A stretch of 64,000 nucleotides of DNA, taken from positions 123,187 through 187,186 of the forward strand of contig CP011215.1 of NCBI GenBank assembly GCA_001029775.1, written 5' to 3'. Of the stretch, positions 47,991 to 58,204 are shown in pieces. The first letter of the stretch is position 1, and each line of letters begins with the position of its first letter. A program made the translations under genes and the position numbers. The notes beneath the pieces are model-generated. The model did not search any database. It worked only from the letters and a program-made list of their open reading frames with translations, and was not told where the DNA came from. This DNA is from Candidatus Campbellbacteria bacterium GW2011_OD1_34_28 (GTDB lineage Bacteria > Patescibacteriota > Minisyncoccia > Phycocordibacterales > UBA12079).

Positions 47991-48308
47991 TTATTGTTCG
48001 GGTTTATCGCCGATACCCGACATCCTCAAAATAATGTGAGCAGCAACAACACAGATAGCAGCGAGTATTGTTAAAGAAATCGCAAGTATCATGGGATAAA
48101 GGGGATAAAAAATCCCAAGCTTTTCCAAAATCTCAACCTGATTCAATCCTGAATCAAATGTTTCTTTTAGATAAATGAAAACGAATATAAATTTGAAAAT
48201 GAAAATTATTATTTCGACATCTTCTTTCAAAAATTCTCGGGTTCTTGCAAGCATTATTTCCTCCGTCAGAAAAAAATTATATAGATTACTCTGAATTACG
48301 AAACTCAT
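47991..48308 (-). CDS. Hypothetical small membrane protein.
   Basis: 105 aa with two TM segments. Confidence 0.4.
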   Translation of the reverse strand: MSFVIQSNLYNFFLTEEIMLARTREFLKEDVEIIIFIFKFIFVFIYLKETFDSGLNQVEILEKLGIFYPLYPMILAISLTILAAICVVAAHIILRMSGIGDKPEQ

Positions 48309-48356
48309 GGATTGTAATACTGCTTCAAATTTTTTCTCAAAAGATTTGAAGTGCCA

Positions 48357-48445
48357 AGGCTCGCAAAGACGACAGCTTTGCTGTCGTCGACGGACGAAAA
48401 AGCAAAGCTTTTTCGTCCGTCTTCACGAGCGAAGCGAAGTGATCC
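48357..48445. repeat. GC-rich twin-hairpin element (gacgacagc-tttg-ctgtcgtc; gacggacgaaaaagc-aaag-ctttttcgtccgtc) bracketed by ctcgcaaagacg / cgtcttcacgag; a diverged relative of the palindromic element family.
   Basis: Shares ctcgcaaagacga...ttcgtccgtc with the ppaC-upstream copy at 51205-51250. Confidence 0.55.
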
Positions 48446-48480
48446 ATAAAATAATAGCGAGTTTCGTAACTCAGAATAGA

Positions 48481-48972
48481 TTAGTAACTCGTCGTCTTAA
48501 ATTCTACTCGGCCTTTTGAGACCTCTATCACCACACCCTGCGGGGAAAGTGATTTCGGACGATACCGAAAAACGACGGCGCGACAAGTGGGGAGAAGAAC
48601 AAAATAACGATAATGTTCGGCAATCACCTGCAATAAGCCTTTTTCATTTCCACTCCTTAAATCACTTGTGCTGTAAAGTTCGTCAGGAAAAAAATAACAG
48701 GAATCGACAAAATCATTCCATAGGTTTTTGGGACAATTATCCGCGTTTGAAACCAAATCATCTAATTTTGTTACCTGAAGAATTTCAGAGTTTCTCGGCA
48801 ATCCGCCAAAAAGAACAAATCCGTCAAACACGACAAGGGTTCTTGTTTCACGATAGTCTATCGGCAAAACAACCTTATCCCACGGCAAATGAACAATGAC
48901 ATCAGTTTCTTTAGCTCGCTCAACCAAAGCTTTTCCGTGCGCTTGTTCGTACAACAAATGATGTGCATACAT
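48481..48972 (-). CDS. Hypothetical protein.
   Basis: The start is trimmed to MYAHHLLYEQ; the ORF-track N-terminus MTCCGCCIIVLGG looks like read-through of the upstream region. No motif recognised. Confidence 0.4.
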   Translation of the reverse strand: MYAHHLLYEQAHGKALVERAKETDVIVHLPWDKVVLPIDYRETRTLVVFDGFVLFGGLPRNSEILQVTKLDDLVSNADNCPKNLWNDFVDSCYFFPDELYSTSDLRSGNEKGLLQVIAEHYRYFVLLPTCRAVVFRYRPKSLSPQGVVIEVSKGRVEFKTTSY

Positions 48973-49141
48973 TTTGTTATTATCCACTATTCTCTCCTTT
49001 TCAAAGATTGAGTAAAAACAATTATTTCCTCCCAAAACAATAATACAACAACCACAGCAAGTCAAGACTTTATACTTCCCCCCAAAACTGTTATATTTTT
49101 AACATCGTTTACTTTACAAACTTTATAAACTTTTAACTACC

Positions 49142-49726
49142 ATGCTTATTCCCACCGTTATAGAAAAATCACAATTTGGCGAAAGAGCCTACGACATCTA
49201 TTCTCGTCTTCTTCGAGAAAGAATTATTTTTATTGGAGGAGCAATAGATGATCACATGGCAAATATTATTATTGCCCAACTACTTTTCCTTGAATCAGAA
49301 GATCCTAAAAAAGACATCACTATTTATGTAAATACTCCCGGAGGACAAATCCAAGCAGGTTTGGCAATCGTGGATACGATGAATCATGTTAAACCAGATG
49401 TTTCTACTGTTTGTATGGGAATGTCAGCATCAATGGGAGCAGTTATTCTTTCACAAGGAACAAAAGGAAAGAGATACGCATTACCCAATTCCGAAGTAAT
49501 GATCCACCAACCACTAACAGGAGTAGAGGGACAAGCGTCAGATATTGAAATCACCGCAAAACATATTATTTCACTTAAAGACAAACTTTACGAAATGCTC
49601 GCAAAGGCAACAGGAAAAACAAAAACTCAAATTGAAAAAGATGGTGATAGAGATTATTGGATGTCAGCCGAAGAAGCAAAGAAATATGGAATCGTTGATT
49701 CTGTATTAAAACCAAAAAATAAATAA
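49142..49726 (+). CDS. clpP: ATP-dependent Clp protease proteolytic subunit ClpP.
   Basis: Catalytic Ser in GMSASMGAV, His in MIHQPL, Asp in DRDYWMSA; 194 aa. Confidence 0.9.
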   Translation: MLIPTVIEKSQFGERAYDIYSRLLRERIIFIGGAIDDHMANIIIAQLLFLESEDPKKDITIYVNTPGGQIQAGLAIVDTMNHVKPDVSTVCMGMSASMGAVILSQGTKGKRYALPNSEVMIHQPLTGVEGQASDIEITAKHIISLKDKLYEMLAKATGKTKTQIEKDGDRDYWMSAEEAKKYGIVDSVLKPKNK

Positions 49727-49796
49727 AAAAAATGAGACGTCGGACGTCTCAATTTTTTTATTTATTTTAGAATTAGGTAAAAGTATTAGGATTTAA

Positions 49797-49830
49797 AAAA
49801 AACCGTCGCTGTGAACCAGCGGCGGTTTTA
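49797..49830. terminator. Terminator hairpin aaaaccgtcgctgtgaaccagcggcggtttt; a near-identical copy occurs at 54129-54163.
   Basis: Same 23-nt stem-loop sequence in both copies. It sits between the convergent clpP and 49836-50192 genes. Confidence 0.6.
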
Positions 49831-49835
49831 AATTT

Positions 49836-50192
49836 TTAGTGACTTATATAAACCAAACTAAATTTGTGATTTTCAAAAAAAGAAGATTTGCTAATCGGCC
49901 ACCAAAAGATACTGCCGATATTTGTCCAAACCATTCCGCCAGTAGAATACTTGCGACCACACTTAACGGGAATAATTTTCATCTCTTCGCCGTCTTTGTC
50001 TGGGCCAACAGCCACTTCACAGCAAAGACCATTTTCTCCTAAATCAGCCCCGTCATAAACATCTGCGGGTCCGATGACAACACAGTACCCTTTTCCGAAA
50101 AATCCTTTTGCTCTTCCAAAAAACAATACTTGTTTACCTTTGGGGACTCCCTCAACAGTGGGATGCCCCGACATTTGCTCGCCGATTTTCAT
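49836..50192 (-). CDS. Hypothetical protein, possibly a small beta-barrel (MOSC-like GENG...C pattern; weak).
   Basis: 118-aa ORF containing DGADLGENGLCCEVAVGPD. Confidence 0.35.
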   Translation of the reverse strand: MKIGEQMSGHPTVEGVPKGKQVLFFGRAKGFFGKGYCVVIGPADVYDGADLGENGLCCEVAVGPDKDGEEMKIIPVKCGRKYSTGGMVWTNIGSIFWWPISKSSFFENHKFSLVYISH

Positions 50193-50383
50193 TTGTCTCT
50201 TTCTCCATAAAAAAGATTATTAGAAATTCCATTTGCAACATTATCACAGCTGTGTTTATAATACAATAAATTATTAATAATAAGTTTTTTACTGAAATCT
50301 TAAACCATTTAAAAAACCACCCCCGCAACTTGCGTTGGGAGGTGGGTAATATAGATTAGCGGTAACAAATGAGCCTGGGATAT

Positions 50384-51034
50384 TTAATAAGGAAACGGCT
50401 CAGGTTTTGGTGGAGGAGGAGGGGGATAATAAGTATGTTTTTCTAAATATTTTATAGCCCCTGACAACAACACTTTGTTGTCACCCCCATCCCATTCATT
50501 TATTATCAAGCAATGACGACTCTTGTCGACGACTTTTTTTTGAGGGAAACAAATAACATAGTTTTCTATTTCCATCCATCCTAAAAGACCTTGTTTCTCT
50601 GTTTTCCATGGCTCTTTTATCCATGTTACAAAAATAGCCACGGGCTTTTGTTTATTTTTTTCAGCAAAATTCATGGCCCTATTTTTTAAATCATCTACAA
50701 AATAACAACCAACCTCTTTTTCTTCTAAGAATTGACGAAGTCGGTAGTCTCCATTCAAAGTCCAATCAATCCCTTCTGAACCGGGAAACTTAGGAGGATA
50801 ATATGTTCTTTCATCTGGATTATGCATGTGATATATCGTCATTTCCTGAATAACGCCCTTGGGACTTTGTCTACGAAGTCCTCCTTGGAAAACCGCAAAA
50901 AATCCTTCGTAAAAAACTCTCACTCCCCCCTTTTTTGGTCCCTTGTGCCTAAATAATCGCCTAGCATAAAACTCATCCAAGTGGCTGTCTTGATCGAGAT
51001 CCATTGAACTAACTAGTTTTATTGCGAAATGCAT
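50384..51034 (-). CDS. Hypothetical protein with a poly-proline C-terminus (YYPPPPPPKPEPFPY).
   Basis: 216-aa ORF; no recognisable motif. Confidence 0.45.
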   Translation of the reverse strand: MHFAIKLVSSMDLDQDSHLDEFYARRLFRHKGPKKGGVRVFYEGFFAVFQGGLRRQSPKGVIQEMTIYHMHNPDERTYYPPKFPGSEGIDWTLNGDYRLRQFLEEKEVGCYFVDDLKNRAMNFAEKNKQKPVAIFVTWIKEPWKTEKQGLLGWMEIENYVICFPQKKVVDKSRHCLIINEWDGGDNKVLLSGAIKYLEKHTYYPPPPPPKPEPFPY

Positions 51035-51189
51035 GACAATACCTCCCTGTCCTGTTAATTTTTTTCAAACTAATATTGTTGAATTTACTAGGTACTTTTC
51101 TGACAAAAATATATAATAAATATATTATCAAGTCAATCCTTTCTGTTTTTCATCAAAATTGTTAAGATTTTTGTATTCATTATTAACTG

Positions 51190-51290
51190 GATTGCTTCGC
51201 CTAACGACTCGCAAAGACGAATTTTGCCTTTGGCAAAATTCGTCCGTCGTTGCTATAGGCTATAAGCTATCCGCTATCAACTATAAATTT
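51190..51290. repeat. Long palindromic element directly upstream of ppaC, with central hairpin cgaattttgcc-ttt-ggcaaaattcg (51217-51241).
   Basis: Third copy of the family. Outer arms cgcctaacgactcgcaaagacg / cgtccgtcgttgctataggc. Confidence 0.65.
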
Positions 51291-52211
51291 ATGCGTCACA
51301 TAATAGGTCACAAAAACCCCGACACCGACACAATCTGTTCAGCATTAGTCTACGCAGATTTTCTTAATCAAAAAGGCATCTCTGCCAAAGCATTTGCATT
51401 GGGTCCGTTAAACAAAGAAACAAAATTTGTTTTTGAAAAATTTGGAGAAAAAGATCCAGAGCATATTACAGAACTACCAAAAGGAACAGAAATTATTTTG
51501 TTGGATCATAACGAAGAAGGACAGAGTATTGATAATATAAAAGATTTGGATATTGTTGAAATCATTGACCACCACAAAGTAAAAATAGAAACCGACAAGC
51601 CAATTTCTATTTATATTGAACCGTTGGGATCTTCTTGTTCAATCATCGCAAAAAAATATTTTGAAACAAGAACAGAATTATCAAAAGTAAACGCGAGTTT
51701 GCTAATCGCTGGAATAATTTCCGATACTCTTTTCTTTCGCTCCCCTACTACCACTCAAATAGACAAAGATTTGGTAGAAAAATTAAACGAAATCGCCAGA
51801 ATTGAAGATTTAGAAAAATTTAGTCTTGAAATGTTTAATGCAAAAAGCGATTTAGGAAATATGCCTGTTGAGGAGATAATAAAATTGGATTATAAAATAT
51901 TTGAATTTGCTGGAAATAAATACGGAATTGGCGTAATGGAAACAACAAACAAAGGTTATGGTCTAAATAGAAAAGACGAAATAACAACCAAACTAAAAGA
52001 AATAAAAACAAAAGACGGATTAAAAGCAGTTTTCTTTTCAATTGTAGATATTTTAAATGAAGCAAGTTACACACTGACATCGGGGAATGAAGAAACAGAA
52101 ATGTTTACAAACATATTCGGAGCAGTAGAAAAAGAAGGAGCATTGTTTGTAGACAAATTGGTTTCAAGAAAAAAACAGGTTGTGCCGAGGTTTCAGGAAT
52201 ACATAAAATAA
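51291..52211 (+). CDS. ppaC: Manganese-dependent inorganic pyrophosphatase (family II; DHH + DHHA2).
   Basis: HKNPDTDTICSA, LLDHNE, DHHKV, ISDTLFFRSPTT, and GVMETTN reads as family II PPase along its whole length. The start is trimmed to MRHIIGHKNPD. Confidence 0.8.
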   Translation: MRHIIGHKNPDTDTICSALVYADFLNQKGISAKAFALGPLNKETKFVFEKFGEKDPEHITELPKGTEIILLDHNEEGQSIDNIKDLDIVEIIDHHKVKIETDKPISIYIEPLGSSCSIIAKKYFETRTELSKVNASLLIAGIISDTLFFRSPTTTQIDKDLVEKLNEIARIEDLEKFSLEMFNAKSDLGNMPVEEIIKLDYKIFEFAGNKYGIGVMETTNKGYGLNRKDEITTKLKEIKTKDGLKAVFFSIVDILNEASYTLTSGNEETEMFTNIFGAVEKEGALFVDKLVSRKKQVVPRFQEYIK

Positions 52212-52317
52212 AAAAGTGGGCTTTCGGAAAGCCCACTTTTTTATTTTAGAATTAGAAAATAGTATTAGAATTTAAAAAAACCCCACAGACATAATCTGTG
52301 GGGTTTAAACTTTATGG

Positions 52318-52839
52318 TCATCTACGGACAGCCGCAAAGTGATGACTTCGCCAACAACAATCTCTTCCGTGATACTCGTCATAATCTTCCACCAAATTGA
52401 CGCAGGAGAACCCTCCTTCAGCAAGCACTGACAAAACATATTTCCTTCCACAAAAAACTTTTATCGTTCCCAGAGCCATAATCGATATTGTTCCCATTTT
52501 TTTTACATTTAAACAGAGAACTTCATAAGCTGTTGCTGGACGATAACCAGCCAAATGCATTTCGAGAATAGCCTGCTGAGAGACTATCTCCTTGCTGAAA
52601 CGAAATAATGCTATTTTTTTTACTTCTGCTTTGTGAATTTCCTCTTGTTGTAACAAACCAACTATATGAGGATTGAAATGAGAGTGACCCCCTTTCTTAA
52701 TAAGATCTTCAATACTTTTTTTCTTAACAATCACAGAAAAAATACTCGTAATCATAACCTTCTCCCTATTTAAATTTAAAGAACTTTTCTGTTTTCGTCT
52801 TTTTAGACTCATCAGGTAGGACACACATCCTACTAACAA
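52318..52839 (-). CDS. Hypothetical protein.
   Basis: ORF of 173 aa; the start may be the internal MITSIF. GC-rich 3' end. Confidence 0.35.
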   Translation of the reverse strand: MLVGCVSYLMSLKRRKQKSSLNLNREKVMITSIFSVIVKKKSIEDLIKKGGHSHFNPHIVGLLQQEEIHKAEVKKIALFRFSKEIVSQQAILEMHLAGYRPATAYEVLCLNVKKMGTISIMALGTIKVFCGRKYVLSVLAEGGFSCVNLVEDYDEYHGRDCCWRSHHFAAVRR

Positions 52840-52878
52840 GGGAGATTTTTAAGAGATCTCCCGAACTCTTTTTAGGAA

Positions 52879-53139
52879 CTAGTCCTTTAGAACTTTTTTC
52901 AGAAGAGAAATTATTTTCTCTAAATTGACGCATTCACCAAGAGAGAACAAATGACCTTTTTCATATTTGAAATGGTATTTACCAAACTGGCAAAACTTTT
53001 CTACATCTACACCCTCTTCTTCAAGGATAACTTGAAGATAGACAATCCAGTTAGGATTTTTTTCATAACAAGTAAGACAATTGCAATCAGAAATGTTATT
53101 TCTTAATTTTTCTTCCAATCTTTCTATTTTGGTTGTCAT
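52879..53139 (-). CDS. Hypothetical small Cys-containing protein.
   Basis: 86-aa ORF containing DCNCLTCYEKNPNW. Confidence 0.35.
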   Translation of the reverse strand: MTTKIERLEEKLRNNISDCNCLTCYEKNPNWIVYLQVILEEEGVDVEKFCQFGKYHFKYEKGHLFSLGECVNLEKIISLLKKVLKD

Positions 53140-53347
53140 GGCTAGCTCCTTTTTTTATTTTTAATTTGAGAGTTAATCTCCCTTAACTTATCTGACAATA
53201 GTTTAGCATAGTTTGTCAACCCTGTGTTAAATATGTCAACTTTTTTAGAATTAAAAAATTTATGTAAAAATAAATGGCTTTAATATTGACTTTTTTAATC
53301 AATTTGGTATGATATATTTGTTGACATAATTAGCGACAAAATAAAAT

Positions 53348-54088
53348 ATGTCTTTACTAAATGAATTAAAAGAAGCCGGTTTAAGCATTAACGAAGCCAA
53401 AGTATATTTGGCATCTTTAGAATTGGGTGAATCCACAATTGTCAGAATCTCACAAAAATCAAAGGTTAAAAGAGCCACTGTATATCTAGCAATTGATTCC
53501 CTAAAAGAGCAGGGTTTGATAAGTTTTACTAAAAGAAAAAATAAAACCTTGTTTTTTGCAGAAGATCCAAGAAAACTTCAAGAAAAAATAGAAGAAAAAA
53601 AAGAAAAGATAGCAAAAATAATGCCGGAATTGTTATCCTTTAGTAACCTGATTGATAAAAAACCAAAAATTAAATATTTTGAAGGGAGAGAACCTGTTAA
53701 AGAAATTTTTAGAGATCTTTTAAATTATCCAAATCAAGAACTTATCGGATGGTTTCCAGACCAATCTTATTGGCTGGGTGATGATTTTTTTAGCGATTAT
53801 TTTATTCCAAAAAGAATGGCGAAAAAAATTTGGATTAGAAGTATCGCCCCAATAACCGATTACAACAAAAAATTTGCAGAGCTTGGCAAAAAACAACTCA
53901 AAAAAACCAGATTTGTTGATAACGACAAATACAACATTCATATTCAAATCCTTGTTTATGGAAAAAACAAAATTGCAATCATATCCTATACCGAAGAAAT
54001 TGGATTGATTATAGAAAGTAAAAATATTTATGAAGCACTAGAAAGTATCTTTAATGTTATGTGGGAGAGCCTACCAGAAGGAAAATGA
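53348..54088 (+). CDS. TrmB family transcriptional regulator.
   Basis: N-terminal winged HTH (LSINEAKVYLASLELGESTIVRISQKSKVKRATVYLAIDSLKEQGLI), coiled linker, C-terminal domain; 246 aa. Confidence 0.65.
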   Translation: MSLLNELKEAGLSINEAKVYLASLELGESTIVRISQKSKVKRATVYLAIDSLKEQGLISFTKRKNKTLFFAEDPRKLQEKIEEKKEKIAKIMPELLSFSNLIDKKPKIKYFEGREPVKEIFRDLLNYPNQELIGWFPDQSYWLGDDFFSDYFIPKRMAKKIWIRSIAPITDYNKKFAELGKKQLKKTRFVDNDKYNIHIQILVYGKNKIAIISYTEEIGLIIESKNIYEALESIFNVMWESLPEGK

Positions 54089-54128
54089 GGATAGTTTTTA
54101 GTAATTAGTTTTTAGTTTTTAGAATTTA

Positions 54129-54163
54129 AAAAAACCGTCGCTGTGAACCAGCGACGGTTTTTG
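54129..54163. terminator. Terminator hairpin aaaaccgtcgctgtgaaccagcgacggttttt; second copy of the 49797-49830 module.
   Basis: Near-identical stem-loop to the first copy; downstream of the trmB-like gene. Confidence 0.6.
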
Positions 54164-54166
54164 TTT

Positions 54167-54469
54167 TTAAACTCTCTTACACCAATCCTTAAGTTTTTCC
54201 AAACGAAAGTTAGACGGTGTACCAAGATAAATATGAAAAGGTGGTATGTTTTTTTTAACGACCGATCCCGCACCAATGACGGAACAAGGACCAATTGTAA
54301 CACCAGGCAAGATTATACAACCAGCACCTATCCAAACACCGTGCTGAATAGTAATTTCATTAAATACATCTATATTTGAAACACCTTGTTGAGAAAACTC
54401 GTGTGTTACTCCCACAATACTACAATTAGGAGCAATCATAACACCCGAGGAAATATTGCATTTTTCCAA
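54167..54469 (-). pseudogene. Truncated hexapeptide-repeat acetyltransferase (left-handed beta-helix); only about 100 aa of the C-terminal part, with a TTG pseudo-start. Probable gene fragment.
   Basis: VWIGAGCIILPGVTIGPCSVIGAGSVVKKNIP hexapeptide repeats. The ORF-track start is TTG. Upstream, the frame reads through a perfect hairpin (cttacagggaccgagtccctgtaag, 54519-54548) rather than into an N-terminal domain. Confidence 0.45.
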
Positions 54470-54750
54470 ATAAGAACCAGCATTTACCTCAACCCGATCC
54501 TCTAAATAACTTTTTTTTAAAAACTTACAGGGACCGAGTCCCTGTAAGTTTTATAAAAAATAGACTTTTTCCGAAAAATTGTATAATATTGAATTATTAT
54601 TGAATTTAATTTGAAAAAACCCCGAAAGATAGAATCTACGGCTAAAGAGAACAAATAATATGATAAAAACTTTGAAAAATAACGGTCAAAATCTTCATAT
54701 AACAAGCCATATTTCTGGCACAATTCTAGCTTAAGCGGGTTTAATCGCTT

Positions 54751-56283
54751 ATGTCATCATTAACAATATTAATTCTTTTCACAGGACTGGCGGGTCTTGC
54801 GGGAATGGCTTTGGGATATTTCATCCGTTGGGCCATTACCTTTGGACAAAAAGGTTCTGCTGAATTGAAAATCCAACAAATGATGTTGGATGCCCAAAAA
54901 GAGGCAAAGAAAATAACTACCGAGGCGGAGGGAAAAGCTCACGAAATGGAAGAAAAGGTAAAAAAAGAGGCAAAAGAGAAAGAAACTCAATTGTCTAAAA
55001 CAGAAGAAAGATTAATCAAAAAAGAAGAATTGTTAGACAAAAGACAAACCGATTTGAAGAAAGAGGAAGAAGAAGCAAAGAGAAAACTGGAGAAAATAGT
55101 TCAAAACCAAGAAGATGTTGAGAAACTAAAAAAGGAAGAAGAGGAAAAATTGGCAAAGATCGCTGGAATGACAAAAGAAGATGCCAAGAAAATATTGATA
55201 GAGACATTGGAAAAGAATAGCGAAGAAGATATTCAGGTTAGAATGCAAAAATTGGAAATCGCTGGTGAAGAAAAACTTGAAAGAAAAGCTAAAGAAATCC
55301 TAACATCTGCAATTCACAGATTGGGAAATTCTGTTGCATCAGACGTTCTATCTACAACAATATCTATTCCGTCAGACGATATCAAAGGCAAGATTATCGG
55401 AAAAGAAGGAAAAAATATTCGTGCCTTTGAAAAAGTAACCGGTGTTGAATTGATCGTAGATGATACCCCAGGAGCAATTACAATCTCTTCTTTCAATCCA
55501 ATCAGAAGACAGGTGGCGAGAGTAGCATTGGAAGATTTGATCATAGACGGCAGAATTCAACCAGCAAGAATAGAGGAATTTGTAGAAAAAGCAAAAGAAA
55601 AGATAAACAAAATAATAAAAGAGAAAGGAGAGCAGGCAGTATACGAATGTGGTATTTACAATCTGGACCCAAGAGTAATCTCTATTTTGGGAAGACTACA
55701 TTTTAGAACCAGTTATGGTCAAAATGTTTTGCAACACTCGGTTGAAATGTCACATATCGCAGGAATGTTGGCAGAAGAATTGGGAGCAAATGTAGAAGTA
55801 GCAAAAACAGCCGCTCTTGTTCACGATATTGGAAAGGCGGTTGATCACGAAGTACAAGGAACACACACAGAAATCGGAAAGAGAATCCTTCAAAAATTCA
55901 ATTCAAACGAAGCGGTTATCAGAGCGATGGAATCTCATCACGAAGAAACGCCGTTTACAAGTATTGAATCTGTTATCGTCCAAGTGTCTGACGCCATCTC
56001 TGGCGGTCGCCCAGGAGCAAGAAGAGACACGGTAGAAAATTACCTGAAGAGATTGGAAGAATTGGAATCAATTGCAAATTCATTTCCAGGCATTGATAAA
56101 TCATACGCTTTGCAGGCAGGAAGAGAAATCAGAATATTTGTAAAACCAGAAGAAATCTCTGACATAGAAGCAAAGAAGTTGGCTAGAGAAATAGCATTAA
56201 AGATTGAAAAAGATTTGAAATATCCAGGAGAAATAAAGGTTAATGTGATAAGAGAATCAAAGGTGATAGAATACGCACGCTAA
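54751..56283 (+). CDS. rny: Ribonuclease Y.
   Basis: N-terminal TM, Lys/Glu coiled coil, KH domain (IIGKEGKNIRAFEKVTG), HD domain (HDIGK...H...D); 510 aa. Confidence 0.9.
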   Translation: MSSLTILILFTGLAGLAGMALGYFIRWAITFGQKGSAELKIQQMMLDAQKEAKKITTEAEGKAHEMEEKVKKEAKEKETQLSKTEERLIKKEELLDKRQTDLKKEEEEAKRKLEKIVQNQEDVEKLKKEEEEKLAKIAGMTKEDAKKILIETLEKNSEEDIQVRMQKLEIAGEEKLERKAKEILTSAIHRLGNSVASDVLSTTISIPSDDIKGKIIGKEGKNIRAFEKVTGVELIVDDTPGAITISSFNPIRRQVARVALEDLIIDGRIQPARIEEFVEKAKEKINKIIKEKGEQAVYECGIYNLDPRVISILGRLHFRTSYGQNVLQHSVEMSHIAGMLAEELGANVEVAKTAALVHDIGKAVDHEVQGTHTEIGKRILQKFNSNEAVIRAMESHHEETPFTSIESVIVQVSDAISGGRPGARRDTVENYLKRLEELESIANSFPGIDKSYALQAGREIRIFVKPEEISDIEAKKLAREIALKIEKDLKYPGEIKVNVIRESKVIEYAR

Positions 56284-56639
56284 TAAATAAAGAAAAGAGC
56301 GACCTGCCAAGCAGGTCGCTCTTTTCTTTATTTATTAGCGAATTATTAATTTTAAATTATAAATTATAAATTACTTTAAATTACACCCAGATGACGAAAA
56401 AGTTCTTTAAATTTCTAATTATTTCAAAATTAGATACAGAACGAGGAGCAAGAACAAAATGGAAGAAGGCATATTTTTAATACGACGACTGATGTTTTGT
56501 GACCTGCCTGCCGGCAGGCAGGATTGCGACAAAGTTATGTGCTAATTTTGAGATAATTATCACCTATTGCACAAAAAATGGCTTAATATATAATAGTTAG
56601 TATAAATGGTTTTATTAGTAATTAATAAAAAATAAAAAA

Positions 56640-56912
56640 ATGAATAAACAAGCAATAGCAGAAGCTGTACAAGGAGTTCTTGGAGGAACAAAAGCTGATG
56701 CAGAAAGAGCAGTTGAAACAGTTTTTGATTCAATCGCCGAAGCTCTTAAAAGAGGAGACGATGTATCAGTAGCAGGATTTGGTATCTTCTCTGCAAAGAT
56801 GAGAGCAGCCAGAACAGCTAGAAATCCTAGAACAGGAGAATCAATTCAAGTTCAAGCAATGAGAGTGCCTAAATTCAAGGCAGGAAAAGGTCTAAAAGAC
56901 GCTGTTAAATAA
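56640..56912 (+). CDS. hup: DNA-binding protein HU.
   Basis: GFGIFSAKMRAARTARNPRTGESIQVQAMRVPKFKAGKGLKDAV is the canonical HU arm; 90 aa. Confidence 0.9.
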   Translation: MNKQAIAEAVQGVLGGTKADAERAVETVFDSIAEALKRGDDVSVAGFGIFSAKMRAARTARNPRTGESIQVQAMRVPKFKAGKGLKDAVK

Positions 56913-57049
56913 CAGAGCTTTCCACTTAAAGAAAAAACCCAACATCCCGTTGGGTTTTTTCTTTTCTAAAATTAATTGACTTCATATATTAAAAAATGCT
57001 TGAATAGAATCCGGATACATATATAGAAAATTTAACATGGAGAAAGACA

Positions 57050-57256
57050 GTGCTGAAACTACAAAAAGGAGATGTAATAACATACGAGTCAGGAAGAATT
57101 GTAATCAGAAACAAAACAAAGACCGTGAGTTGGAATGACATATTCGACATTGGAGTCAATATAGATAAATTAAGGCAACTCTCAGAAATGATGGGATTTG
57201 CGGCAGGATACAACATAAAATTCTGCGAAAAAGACAGAGCCTTCATTGTTATATAG
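57050..57256 (+). CDS. Hypothetical 68-aa protein with a GTG start.
   Basis: GGAGA lies 7 nt upstream of the GTG; a clean terminator follows (aaaccccgcatctcacggggttttt, 57270-57294). Confidence 0.45.
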   Translation: MLKLQKGDVITYESGRIVIRNKTKTVSWNDIFDIGVNIDKLRQLSEMMGFAAGYNIKFCEKDRAFIVI

Positions 57257-57386
57257 ACAAACCATCAAACCCCGCATCTCACGGGGTTTTTCTTTTTTAT
57301 AAATTTATATTTCATAAAAAAGCCCGTCGACAGTAAATCTGCTTTGACGGGCTTTTGTTTTTTCAATAATTTATTTATATGACAAC

Positions 57387-58076
57387 TTATTTGATCAGAG
57401 ATTCCTTGATCTGCAAAAGTTTAGACAGTTTATATGGGCAGTCATCAATTATGTATCCTAGAGGACTCATTCCACACGGCAAGGTAATCAAATCTCCATC
57501 CTGAAAATCTGAAACATCTTCCCTCTTTTCAATCCCCCATGAAATTCTTTTTCCGTTTCGATAAAATGGATATTTGGAGATATCAAATTGTGAAGCATCA
57601 AAGCTTATAACATCAATTGCGGATTTGAAAAGAATGTCCCAATCCATGTTTCCGCAACAATATACACCACGAACGACTGGAAAACTTGAAAATATAGCTT
57701 CCCACGCGTCCTCGAAATTGAATCCTGCCTGCCCCAAAGCTGGTTCGTCCAAAAAAAGAATAATTTCTTTGGCGTTTAAGCCATCCAAAATGGTTGAGAT
57801 GTGACGATAAATTATTTCCACCGCCTCATCTTCACTGCGCCCAATCATGATCAATGTTGCCGGCCCGATGCACTGCACTTTTACAGTAGAAAAATTATGA
57901 CGCTTGAACTCAGCCAAACAACTCATTTTTCCCGGCCGATTAATGTAATTCATAAAATCGTCTCCTAACCTAGGAAGCTCTGGGAAAAAGGGGATATCGT
58001 GGAACAAACTGTATGACACGGCCATACCAACGTCAATAAATGGCAAAGAACCAATCTGAGTGATGATCTTACGCAT
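57387..58076 (-). CDS. MetE/UroD-superfamily TIM-barrel protein; a short cobalamin-independent methionine synthase catalytic-domain-like protein.
   Basis: CIGPATL, FLDEPAL, VYCCGNMD and TLPCGMSP resemble the MetE C-terminal zinc/homocysteine-site motifs (IGPxT, DEPA, HxCxG, PDCG). Only 229 aa. Confidence 0.4.
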   Translation of the reverse strand: MRKIITQIGSLPFIDVGMAVSYSLFHDIPFFPELPRLGDDFMNYINRPGKMSCLAEFKRHNFSTVKVQCIGPATLIMIGRSEDEAVEIIYRHISTILDGLNAKEIILFLDEPALGQAGFNFEDAWEAIFSSFPVVRGVYCCGNMDWDILFKSAIDVISFDASQFDISKYPFYRNGKRISWGIEKREDVSDFQDGDLITLPCGMSPLGYIIDDCPYKLSKLLQIKESLIK

Positions 58077-58204
58077 TGTTGAAATCTCCTCGTTTTATTG
58101 TCAAAAAATATTATTGTACAAACAAACTGAATGTTGTGTTTGATAATAAAAGATACTACAAAACAAACTTGGTGTCAAAAACAAAAAAATAATTTGGTAA
58201 ATAT

